From: Bacteroidia bacterium
GTDB taxonomy: Bacteria > Bacteroidota > Bacteroidia > Chitinophagales > Chitinophagaceae
NCBI GenBank assembly: GCA_030427635.1
Contig: JAUIBA010000017.1
Span: 231-64,230 of the forward strand
Reading direction: 5' to 3'
Length of the DNA: 64,000 nt
Part shown: in pieces, positions 1-7,041 of the stretch
Position numbering within the stretch: position 1 is the stretch's first letter
Layout of the letters: each line of letters starts with the position of its first letter
Program-made: the position numbers and the translations under genes
Notes under the pieces: generated by a model
The model's database searches: none
The model's input: the letters and a program-made list of their open reading frames with translations, nothing else
Told to the model about the DNA's origin: nothing

Positions 1-69
1 GCGATGCGGGATGGCTTGCGCCTTATGCCCGTACCAGTGAAGCTGGTGTTTTGTTATGCCCGTGCGCTG

Positions 70-93
70 GTTGCAGGCGGGGACGCCTGCAAC
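70..93. repeat. Perfect 10-bp hairpin with GGGA (GNRA) loop, REP-like palindrome
   Basis: GTTGCAGGCG-GGGA-CGCCTGCAAC read directly from the sequence. The REP-like status is inference. Confidence 0.5.
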
Positions 94-96
94 GGC

Positions 97-140
97 GAAA
101 AAACGCCAAAACGCTTAATAGTGTTGCGTTTTGGCGTTTT
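97..140 (-). terminator. Intrinsic terminator-like hairpin downstream of the degenerate ssrA 3' copy
   Basis: 15-bp perfect stem AAAACGCCAAAACGC (100-114) / GCGTTTTGGCGTTTT (126-140). The A-run on the left gives a U-tract on the minus strand. Confidence 0.7.
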
Positions 141-143
141 AGT

Positions 144-168
144 TGTGGAGTCGGCGGGGATAAGTCGA
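144..168 (-). repeat. Degenerate copy of the ssrA 3' end (old att site)
   Basis: TGTGGAGTCGGCGGG-GATA-AGTCGAAC versus ssrA TGTGGAGCCGGCGGG-AGTCGAAC (10377-10399): one substitution plus a 4-nt insertion. Confidence 0.75.
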
Positions 169-240
169 ACTTTCATGTAAAGGATTTGGATTTGTTTCTC
201 AACTAGCAGTGAGAGTTATCCAGTGTTACCAAAACTCTAT

Positions 241-963
241 TTACGATGTACGACAATTGATGCATGCCAATTCCGGTGTGCTACGAACTTCATCTAAAAA
301 CAAAAAATAACCGCCTGAAGCTTTGTTTAAAGGACGTTCGGTTTTAAAGGAATAGTACCTATCATCGACTCCAGTAATTGTAACAGGAATAGCTTTTCGT
401 CCATCCCATGACACCCACGCTCTATCTCCAGGAACAAATTCCTCTACTGTTCTTTTACTAAAATGAATCGATGTCACATTCTTGACATACACAATTTTTC
501 GCTCGTCATAGTTTTTCCGACTAGGCTTTTTCGGAGTCGTGGTATCTTTAGTTGGGTTTTCTTTTGTCTTCAAATAAGCCTTATACCTTTTCCACGCCCT
601 ATTCAGCGTCTCTATCGCACCATAGTAGGCGTTTTGAAACCTTAGATAACTACGATATTCATCCAGCGAATTGTATGTCGGCCAACTCTTATCTCTACTC
701 ATATCTCTAGCCAAATCGCCCAAAGGAGAATCCCTATTTGAATGCCTTTTTAGCCAATCAGTAAAACTCAGTTCTACAGGAGTGCTAACCGTTTCGGTGC
801 TATCATTTATTTTGCTAAGTGACCGTTGGCAGTGCATCCAATTAGAAAAACCGAAAGATTTAGACACTATGTCAAGTGCTTCTGCATGGCTGATACCACG
901 CTCCCTTTTTATTTTCTTTGCCTGACGCTTAACGTAAGCTATAGTGTGTTGATGACTTTTCAT
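241..963 (-). CDS. YozE SAM-like domain fusion protein (N-terminal helical domain, YozE-like middle, possible SH3-like C-terminus), 240 aa from ATG 963; ORF open to 1071
   Basis: SFTDWLKRHSNRDSPLGDLARDMSRDKSWP resembles YozE family motifs. The N-terminus KRQAKKIKRERGISHAEALDIVSKSFGFSNW resembles the helical domain Pfam calls Glyoxalase_8. Confidence 0.65.
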   Translation of the reverse strand: MKSHQHTIAYVKRQAKKIKRERGISHAEALDIVSKSFGFSNWMHCQRSLSKINDSTETVSTPVELSFTDWLKRHSNRDSPLGDLARDMSRDKSWPTYNSLDEYRSYLRFQNAYYGAIETLNRAWKRYKAYLKTKENPTKDTTTPKKPSRKNYDERKIVYVKNVTSIHFSKRTVEEFVPGDRAWVSWDGRKAIPVTITGVDDRYYSFKTERPLNKASGGYFLFLDEVRSTPELACINCRTS

Positions 964-1127
964 TGAAAAATCTTTTAACTCACAAGAAAAAATGTCGCTC
1001 ACCAACCACCCTCTCAATGTGAGAAAAGTTTTTTCAATTATATGAAGAACAGTACTGATACAGCTTTGCAACGGTGAGCGGCAGGCTTCTGCTAAACCTC
1101 TACTAAAGTTAGCAAATTTGTCAAAAT

Positions 1128-1163
1128 AAAAAAACCGGAAACATCAGTTCGATGTTCCCGGTT
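1128..1163 (-). terminator. Intrinsic terminator downstream of the displaced ssrA 3' copy
   Basis: AACCGGAAACATC-AGTTC-GATGTTCCCGGTT stem (one G-U pair on the minus strand) followed by a U-tract. Confidence 0.75.
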
Positions 1164-1165
1164 GA

Positions 1166-1183
1166 TGTGGAGCCGGCGGGAGT
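1166..1183 (-). repeat. Distal att core of the 9.2 kb element (duplicated ssrA 3' end)
   Basis: TGTGGAGCCGGCGGGAGT is identical to 10377-10394. Confidence 0.92.
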
Positions 1184-1241
1184 AGCGCAAAAATAGCTGT
1201 ATCGCTTTGCAGTCGTGTGTTTCAAGATTCACGTAGTTTTT

Positions 1242-1252
1242 GGGTATCAAAA
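1242..1252 (+). promoter_or_regulatory. Candidate integrase arm-type binding site GGGTATCAAAA (distal end)
   Basis: The same 11-mer occurs twice in tandem at 10267-10288 near the other att site. Confidence 0.65.
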
Positions 1253-1273
1253 TAGTAGACAAAAACAAAGCAG

Positions 1274-1513
1274 CTACTCTCTAAAAAAGTTAGGGATATC
1301 TGGTCGTTTAAGGTATTTCGCTAAGAATGCAATTGTTTCCGTATTGGGTACTTTGCCTTTTCGTTTTTTGCCTGGCATAGTCTTTATCGGCTGTGCTACA
1401 GGTGGTGCTATAGGTGTCGCTACATGTGCATTTTGTAGCAAAGTTATTATGGTATCAAGCTTTCTATTTTGTTCGGTGAGTAGCTGTATAACAGTTTTTT
1501 CATCTGGCTTCAT
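1274..1513 (-). CDS. Hypothetical protein, 79 aa (N-terminal coiled coil, basic C-terminus)
   Basis: ATG-start ORF co-oriented with the element's accessory genes. No family recognised. Confidence 0.6.
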   Translation of the reverse strand: MKPDEKTVIQLLTEQNRKLDTIITLLQNAHVATPIAPPVAQPIKTMPGKKRKGKVPNTETIAFLAKYLKRPDIPNFFRE

Positions 1514-1536
1514 GCATACAAATGTACCTGCTACAT

Positions 1537-1974
1537 TTATATGACTTTTGTAAAGTAACTGCGAAAATCAGGATTGTAAACAGTTGTAGCTTTGCCCGTT
1601 CTTACGCACTCTGTATAATTTTTTTTGCAGTAGCCTGTTTCATTGGCTCTTGCTTCAATTTCATATTTATTGCCATCATAGCCATGAAGGAGGCTTTCAA
1701 TGAGGTAATTGAAATAGTACCGAGCTAATCCTTCACGTTGGTATTGCTCCCAGTGGATAAGCTCATGATGTAGTAGTGCGGTGTTGTCCTTTTCTTTCTC
1801 ATTTACCACAATGCCGAAAGGAGGTAATGTATTGGCATTATAGCCGCCTGATTTGTTCCTTTTTATATAAATGGTAGGGGCTTGATTTTTATTTTTCTCA
1901 TTGATGACAAGAACAAAAAACACTACCACTACCACTATTGATATTAAAAATAGAAATGCAACAATGTTTTTCAT
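1537..1974 (-). CDS. Membrane-anchored HExxH zinc metallopeptidase-like protein (DUF4157/zincin-like)
   Basis: N-terminal hydrophobic helix IVAFLFLISIVVVVVFFVLVI, LLHHELIHWEQ motif and downstream NKYEIEAR. ATG 1974 lies 8 nt after the upstream stop; the ORF is open to a GTG at 1998. Confidence 0.7.
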   Translation of the reverse strand: MKNIVAFLFLISIVVVVVFFVLVINEKNKNQAPTIYIKRNKSGGYNANTLPPFGIVVNEKEKDNTALLHHELIHWEQYQREGLARYYFNYLIESLLHGYDGNKYEIEARANETGYCKKNYTECVRTGKATTVYNPDFRSYFTKVI

Positions 1975-1981
1975 AGTATAT

Positions 1982-2242
1982 CTACCAATAGTAGCCACAG
2001 TTTTTTACCAATTTTAAATCTTCCGGTGTACGAGGAAATATGATACAATTGCCCGGCCTGTAACTGTATATTGTACATTTTGATTGCTCCGATAACATAG
2101 GGCACTGACCACCAAGCTTACAACATGCACCGCCTTTTTCTCCAGACAGAGTTTCACACCGATCGGGAATACACTCGCCTTTCCGACCAGGTGTAATGCC
2201 TTTGAAAGAGTTGACAAACCTTGCTATTTTATTCGATGCCAT
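1982..2242 (-). CDS. Eight-cysteine YkgJ/CxxCxxCC-like (Zn or Fe-S chelating) protein
   Basis: C-x4-C...CC...CPML...CTIYSYRPGNCIIFP...C pattern. Start at ATG 2242 or 2254. Confidence 0.7.
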   Translation of the reverse strand: MASNKIARFVNSFKGITPGRKGECIPDRCETLSGEKGGACCKLGGQCPMLSEQSKCTIYSYRPGNCIIFPRTPEDLKLVKNCGYYW

Positions 2243-2339
2243 TTTTAAAATCATTTGAAGCTTTATCGACCAGGTATTGCATATACTCTCTGTGAAGAAA
2301 GTATATGACTGCCGCTATTATTATGATGTATTTTAGCAT
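2229..2339 (-). CDS. 36-aa single-TM micropeptide (below the ORF track cut-off)
   Basis: Manual translation MLKYIIIIAAVIYFLHREYMQYLVDKASNDFKNGIE*. It overlaps the start of the downstream cysteine-rich gene. Confidence 0.5.
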   Translation of the reverse strand: MLKYIIIIAAVIYFLHREYMQYLVDKASNDFKNGIE

Positions 2340-2375
2340 ACCGTTATTCCATTTTTGATTATTCTTTTCAAAGCA

Positions 2376-2403
2376 CAATACCCCTGCAATGGCAGGAGTA
2401 TTG
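2376..2403 (-). terminator. Hairpin downstream of the 227-aa gene
   Basis: CAATAC-C-CCTGC-AATG-GCAGG-A-GTATTG stem with one mismatch. Confidence 0.4.
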
Positions 2404-2417
2404 TGCATGTTATTGGG

Positions 2418-3101
2418 TTATTTCTTAGTTGTTTCCTTTTCAGTTTCGGTTACTGGTGTATCCACAATCTTGTAACTGCTGAAAATGCTGGCGGTGTCAA
2501 TGATGTTTGACTGTGCGCCGTTAGCTTCCCTTTCATTCAGTGCAAGGGCTTTCATTGTTGCTTTGAATTTTGAGTGCTTCATGCCTGTAGTAGGCTCAAA
2601 TACCTCTGTGTCTGCCATATGAAAGCTGTAATGAAACAACACTTCACAAATAGAGTTTTCAAGCGGTGCAAGTCCTTTGGTAATTCTGCGCTCGTTCATC
2701 TGTTTTACCAAGTCTGTTACTTCTGAGTTGGTTTTGAATACCAATGTGCCGGGTTCTATTGGCGTTTCTGCATCGTCTTCCAGTGCCGGACCTTTAGCCA
2801 CATTGTAAATGCGCAATGCTTCCAAAACTGCATCATAGGAAAGCCCCTTTATAAGTTCCTGAGCATCATCTGAAATGTCCGAGATAGTACCATCTGCTAA
2901 CAGCTCTGAATTTGTGGCTTTCTGCACAAGGTCGAGGCAAAGAGCGCCAACACTGATGTTTTTTTCATTGGATAAGATAACGAGCTGATTAAACAGGTCA
3001 ACCGGTATTTGTACCGGAATGGTGTACGGTGGCAACGGAACTGCTGGTATAGCAGAGCCGGGAGTAGTGCCGGGCTGTGGGGCGGTAATTGTGTTTTCCA
3101 T
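2418..3101 (-). CDS. Hypothetical protein, 227 aa, with a possible N-terminal ribbon-helix-helix motif
   Basis: IPVQIPVDLFNQLVILSNEKNISVGALCLDLVQKA fits an RHH strand-helix-helix pattern. TACTTTTG promoter element just upstream (3118-3125). Confidence 0.7.
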   Translation of the reverse strand: MENTITAPQPGTTPGSAIPAVPLPPYTIPVQIPVDLFNQLVILSNEKNISVGALCLDLVQKATNSELLADGTISDISDDAQELIKGLSYDAVLEALRIYNVAKGPALEDDAETPIEPGTLVFKTNSEVTDLVKQMNERRITKGLAPLENSICEVLFHYSFHMADTEVFEPTTGMKHSKFKATMKALALNEREANGAQSNIIDTASIFSSYKIVDTPVTETEKETTKK

Positions 3102-3117
3102 TGTATTGATTTTTTAT

Positions 3118-3125
3118 CAAAAGTA
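3118..3125 (-). promoter_or_regulatory. Bacteroidota -7 promoter element (TACTTTTG) for the accessory module
   Basis: Matches TAnnTTTG, 17 nt upstream of ATG 3101. Confidence 0.6.
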
Positions 3126-3256
3126 CTGGCGTGGCAAGCCGACAACAATAGACCTCAGAAAACTACAGTCTATACGGGTTGTGTTTGTAGGATTTGACGA
3201 ATATCATATGCACTCTAAGCATCTCAAAAATGTCACCGGGAAAGCCTTGTTTTCGG

Positions 3257-3640
3257 CTGCAACCCTGCAACTCCGCAACCATAATGTATAAAAGATTGAT
3301 TTCGATGTCTTTAATGGTTGCAGTTGTTTGTTGCAGTAGTCGCAGCGAACTGCAACTACTGCAACCGGATATACTGTATAGGCCCGGCAATGTCCGGGCC
3401 TTTTTCGTCTCCATGTCCGGTACAGTTATATATTTCTGTAGCTGTAGCTACAGTCTTTTTGTGCTGTAGTGCCTGCCATACAGCCAGTTATTACTATGCT
3501 GCAGCCAACAATTCTTTTTTAAAATCAAATGGTTGCAGTTAAAACCCGAACTGCAACCAACTGCAACTACTTGCAAACGATATAAAATATTGATTTTCAA
3601 TGATAATGTAATGTAAGGTTGCAGAGTTGCAAGGTTGCAA
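3257..3640. repeat. Iteron cluster, putative replication origin of the element
   Basis: 15 copies of a (C/T)TGCAAC(C/T)-like 8-mer in both orientations. Two AT-rich cores are each flanked by convergent iteron triplets. It lies directly downstream of the primase-helicase gene. Confidence 0.75.
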
Positions 3641-3693
3641 TACACTTTTCTATTTTTTGATTTTTTGCATTTTCATTGAAATGGATTGAGCAT

Positions 3694-3721
3694 AAAAAAG
3701 AGCCTGCGATGTACAGGCTCT
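3694..3721 (-). terminator. Terminator after the primase-helicase gene
   Basis: AAAAAAGAGCCTG-CGATGTA-CAGGCTCT gives a stem plus U-tract on the minus strand. Confidence 0.65.
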
Positions 3722-3742
3722 AACAACAAGATTGTGGTGTTA

Positions 3743-6502
3743 TCATACGGTACCATATACCCCGGTTCTTTGCATTTCAATGTTCAAAGCTTTGTAGTCA
3801 AATCGCCAAACTCGTTTTTTCAGGTCTTTGTCATATGGTGTGAACTCAGAGCCCTTTTGAGTTGATCTTATAGTAAATGGTTTGTTCTTTAAGAATGCTT
3901 TCAATGAAGCCTTTCCTGTTGGCGGCATTCGTTGCTTAATGCACTGCTCTGCATATTTGTTATAGACATTCTCAAACACAAAAGAAAACACCTCTACACC
4001 GGTTGCATCTATCTTGATGTGGTAGTCATAACCTTCTTTTATTTTAAAATCCGATGATAGATACTCAAGCGTTTTGAAGAAGGTTTGTATTTCGTTTGTT
4101 TCCTTCATGGCTTCATTTTGGGCATTAGCGGCAGCAATAAGAACACCTATCATTTCTTCAACGTTGATATGAAAATTCAAATGTGCTTTCAGTATGCGAA
4201 TAGGGGCTATAAGTAGTGCAATGTGTTCAATAGTTCTATCGGCCAACCCTAAATTTTTGCAACGCTCATTTTTCAGGTAGTGGATCGCCTTCCGATAAGT
4301 GTTGCCAAACTCTGCTGACATTAGTTGCCTATGCCGGGCGATCTCTACAAATATTTGTCCAAAGCCACTTTCGGCAGCATCCTTCAATATGTCTTTTGCA
4401 ACCTGTTGCTGGGTAGTAAAGTCTGTTTTTTCAAAGGTTATAGTAATTGTACGGCTGAACAATGCACTGTTTTTTTCAGGAAGCTCGTTACCATCAATAA
4501 AAATACCGCTGAATACTCCGGTCTGGTGCGTTTTGTTGTCATTGCTTGTCTGGGCCCTGTCATAGCCTACACCCTCATAGCCGGTCTTTAATAGTCCTAT
4601 TGTGGAGCTATCAACGTCATTGTTGGTATATTCCTTAATGTAGGTAAGTGCATTCTTAAATTGCGAGATTCTCCGTGCTATGCTCTTTGAAGTACTATCG
4701 TTGCTTATGCCGATACCTGGTTGCGGATTACCAAAAACAGACAAATGCAGATCAGTGAATGTAGTCTTACCGCTACCAGCTTCGCCAAACAAAAACAGGT
4801 ATGGAAATGAGGCACGTTCGGCAAAAATAATGTCCCTGAAAATTGCTGCAATAAGGTATGCATTGCCTATCGCACCATTAACGCCATATGCAGCTACCAT
4901 ATGCTTGTTATAGTCTGCAAATGAAAGGCTTCCGGGCTTGTAGATGAACTTTCTTTCATTCAGGTAAGATGTATCTTCTTTGGTAAGCTCACTAAGCGCC
5001 GGGAGGTAATAGCTGTTATCGTTACATGACACTATGCCCATCTTGTTAGCTGGTATGAAAGTAAATGTACCATCTATTATCCCATTGCTGTAGGCGTATA
5101 TATTATGCTCAGCTTGCCATCCGAGACATGCAATTTTGTGTGCTTTACTATATTGTGTGTTGTGATATTCAATTATCTTATCTAACTGTGCCTGGTTGCC
5201 AGAAAAGGAGTATCTACCTTTTGACATGATTGCGGGTTTAAATGCCGATACTGAATTGAGGTCTTTTGCAGTTAATTCTATCTGTGCAAGCTCTCCGGTA
5301 TTGCTTTGTATTTTTATATACCACTTGGCATTGTTAGAGCCATCAGGAAAGAAGTATAGAAACTCCATGATAAAGTTAGAAATGCGCTCTGCATGTGTTT
5401 TGGTCTTATACTGCTTGGTAGTGTAGTAGCAGCCATCCTTATAGTAGAATTCATTCTTTGCAAGAAACTCGTCTGCGTTTTCGCAATCTGGATTTATGGG
5501 CTTTTTAAAGTCGTCAATCTGACCTGTTCCTTCTCTATGGTTTGTTTGGGCTGTTTTTTGTTCATTTTTATGCAGTTTTTGAACTGCTTTTAAAGGTCTT
5601 TTGGTGTCAATTCCATAATCTTTACAAGCCTGAAAAAATGAAGCAAGCTGCACCTTGTTTTTGCCATTTCCTTTGAGGCAGTTAGTGTATTGAGCATTGG
5701 TTTCATCGGTATTGTACCCACTATAGAATATGCTGACCCGGTGATAGTAATCCCTTCCGGTCTCTCCGAAACCATCTGCAATTGCAAAGCCAATTTTCAC
5801 CCAATCGGCATAAGAGCCGGTAATGTCTATCCTGTTGCGCTCTATTTGTTGCAGACAGTTTTCTATATCTGTGGATTTGTCAGTAGTGGGGTAATTCGGT
5901 GCTCTGGGTGGTGTTTTCTTTTGGGGTGTGGCCGCTACAGTTATTTTGGTATATACTGCAGAGTTCTGATTGATGAATATTTCCGGGTCGTAGCTTAGGA
6001 AACAGAGCCGGGTAACATCTTTAGTGGCACGGTCTATTTTTATTTGATACTTACTGAGGTAATAGCTTTCTACTGCTAAAAATGCAGCCAAATGACTCTC
6101 TTTATCTGATGGGATTTTTACTATTAGCTTTAGCTTGTCTGATGGTGAGCTAAAACAGGCAAAAGTATATTTGTCGTTTTGCAGTGTCTTCCGGAGTTCA
6201 GCATAGCTTGCCACATCTGGCGGTAGCTCATCAATATCTATTTGAAGTAAACCGGAGTGAGAAAGGAATTTATCATTAATTCTATGTTGGTCGAATGTGC
6301 CGGACAATGTAACCTTTGGTAAGCCCTTCTTTAGTTTGCTGATGGTGTTTTTGTCGGTCTCTTTGCGTATCCGGGTAATAGTATCAGAATAGCTGATTCC
6401 CTGTATTAAACCCGTTCGGATTGCAGTAATGAGCTCACTTACGGGGACGTCACCTGCAACTGTATTCAAATTAGTATAATAACTTATTAATGGGTCGTGC
6501 AT
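3743..6502 (-). CDS. Primase-helicase: VirE N-terminal/BT4734-like domain, PriCT-2 domain and C-terminal P-loop helicase
   Basis: KLKKGLPKVTLSGTF...SGLLQIDID (VirE_N-like), SYADWVKIGFAIADGFGETGRDYYHRVS (PriCT-2) and Walker A FGEAGSGKTT. ATG 6502, with an upstream TTG at 6517. Confidence 0.85.
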   Translation of the reverse strand: MHDPLISYYTNLNTVAGDVPVSELITAIRTGLIQGISYSDTITRIRKETDKNTISKLKKGLPKVTLSGTFDQHRINDKFLSHSGLLQIDIDELPPDVASYAELRKTLQNDKYTFACFSSPSDKLKLIVKIPSDKESHLAAFLAVESYYLSKYQIKIDRATKDVTRLCFLSYDPEIFINQNSAVYTKITVAATPQKKTPPRAPNYPTTDKSTDIENCLQQIERNRIDITGSYADWVKIGFAIADGFGETGRDYYHRVSIFYSGYNTDETNAQYTNCLKGNGKNKVQLASFFQACKDYGIDTKRPLKAVQKLHKNEQKTAQTNHREGTGQIDDFKKPINPDCENADEFLAKNEFYYKDGCYYTTKQYKTKTHAERISNFIMEFLYFFPDGSNNAKWYIKIQSNTGELAQIELTAKDLNSVSAFKPAIMSKGRYSFSGNQAQLDKIIEYHNTQYSKAHKIACLGWQAEHNIYAYSNGIIDGTFTFIPANKMGIVSCNDNSYYLPALSELTKEDTSYLNERKFIYKPGSLSFADYNKHMVAAYGVNGAIGNAYLIAAIFRDIIFAERASFPYLFLFGEAGSGKTTFTDLHLSVFGNPQPGIGISNDSTSKSIARRISQFKNALTYIKEYTNNDVDSSTIGLLKTGYEGVGYDRAQTSNDNKTHQTGVFSGIFIDGNELPEKNSALFSRTITITFEKTDFTTQQQVAKDILKDAAESGFGQIFVEIARHRQLMSAEFGNTYRKAIHYLKNERCKNLGLADRTIEHIALLIAPIRILKAHLNFHINVEEMIGVLIAAANAQNEAMKETNEIQTFFKTLEYLSSDFKIKEGYDYHIKIDATGVEVFSFVFENVYNKYAEQCIKQRMPPTGKASLKAFLKNKPFTIRSTQKGSEFTPYDKDLKKRVWRFDYKALNIEMQRTGVYGTV

Positions 6503-6589
6503 TCTATGGGTTGTCAATTATTATAAAGCTATGGTTGTGAAATCTTGACAGCAATAGAGCGTGAATATTTGGTGTGTATTTACATGTTG

Positions 6590-6883
6590 TTATCGTCTTT
6601 TCCTTTCTACAAGTCGGTATAAATCTGTTCGAACGTTCTTCCCTTTTTTTCCTTTGATAATTTGTAAGTCGTATTTGTCAGATCGTACAAATACGACCAT
6701 ATCTGCCAATGCTGCTCTGATGGTATTTTGAGTACAGGAAAAGTCTGTGTCAAGAAATCTTGCATGTATTTCGGCTGCTGATAAGTACTCACCATTAGCA
6801 TGCTCAGTAAGCAGCAAAAAGACTGCATACCGGAGCTGCCCGGGGAATGTTGTTTTTTTGCTTCTTTGTGCCTCAATTCGCAT
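6590..6883 (-). CDS. Small winged-helix-like DNA-binding protein, 97 aa
   Basis: YAVFLLLTEHANGEYLSAAEIHARF...QNTIRAALADMV followed by a basic wing ending in LYRL. The fold is inferred. Confidence 0.6.
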   Translation of the reverse strand: MRIEAQRSKKTTFPGQLRYAVFLLLTEHANGEYLSAAEIHARFLDTDFSCTQNTIRAALADMVVFVRSDKYDLQIIKGKKGKNVRTDLYRLVERKRR

Positions 6884-7041
6884 TGGTAGCGGTTTTTAGA
6901 GTTTTTGGGAACTGTTTTCAGCTATTTTTCAGCCGTTTTTAGATTTTTTTTGAGGCTTTTTTGAGATATGCAAAGAGCCTCAAAAATGATAGGGTTATAG
7001 TTACTAACCTAACCTAAGCCGATAGGGCTATAGGTTCACAA

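Larger units (their letters stand above)
144..1183. mobile_element. ~1 kb integrase-less remnant island between two ssrA 3' copies
   Basis: Bounded by att-like copies at 144-168 and 1166-1183. It contains a single gene and no recombinase. Confidence 0.6.

Noticed and set aside
69-94. GGTTGCAG/CTGCAAC in the hairpin as extra copies of the element's iterons
   Set aside because: They lie outside the element and are part of a single GC hairpin, so the short match is probably coincidental.
144-168. A tRNA gene
   Set aside because: Only the T-arm/acceptor 3' fragment of ssrA is present, with no D-arm or anticodon arm.
2418-3101. 227-aa protein as a capsid or scaffold protein
   Set aside because: No HK97 or jelly-roll capsid features are recognisable. 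It looks RHH-like at the N-terminus. Structure prediction is needed to exclude this fully.
3257-3640. Possible CRISPR array
   Set aside because: The repeats are 8-mers in both orientations with irregular spacing. There are no 25-45 nt repeats with unique spacers and no cas genes.
3009-3645. Several 62-91 aa ORFs on both strands (for example 3163-3414 and 3194-3469)
   Set aside because: They overlie the iteron cluster. Their Cys/Leu/Gln-rich translations come from the TGCAAC repeats, so a non-coding origin explains the sequence better.
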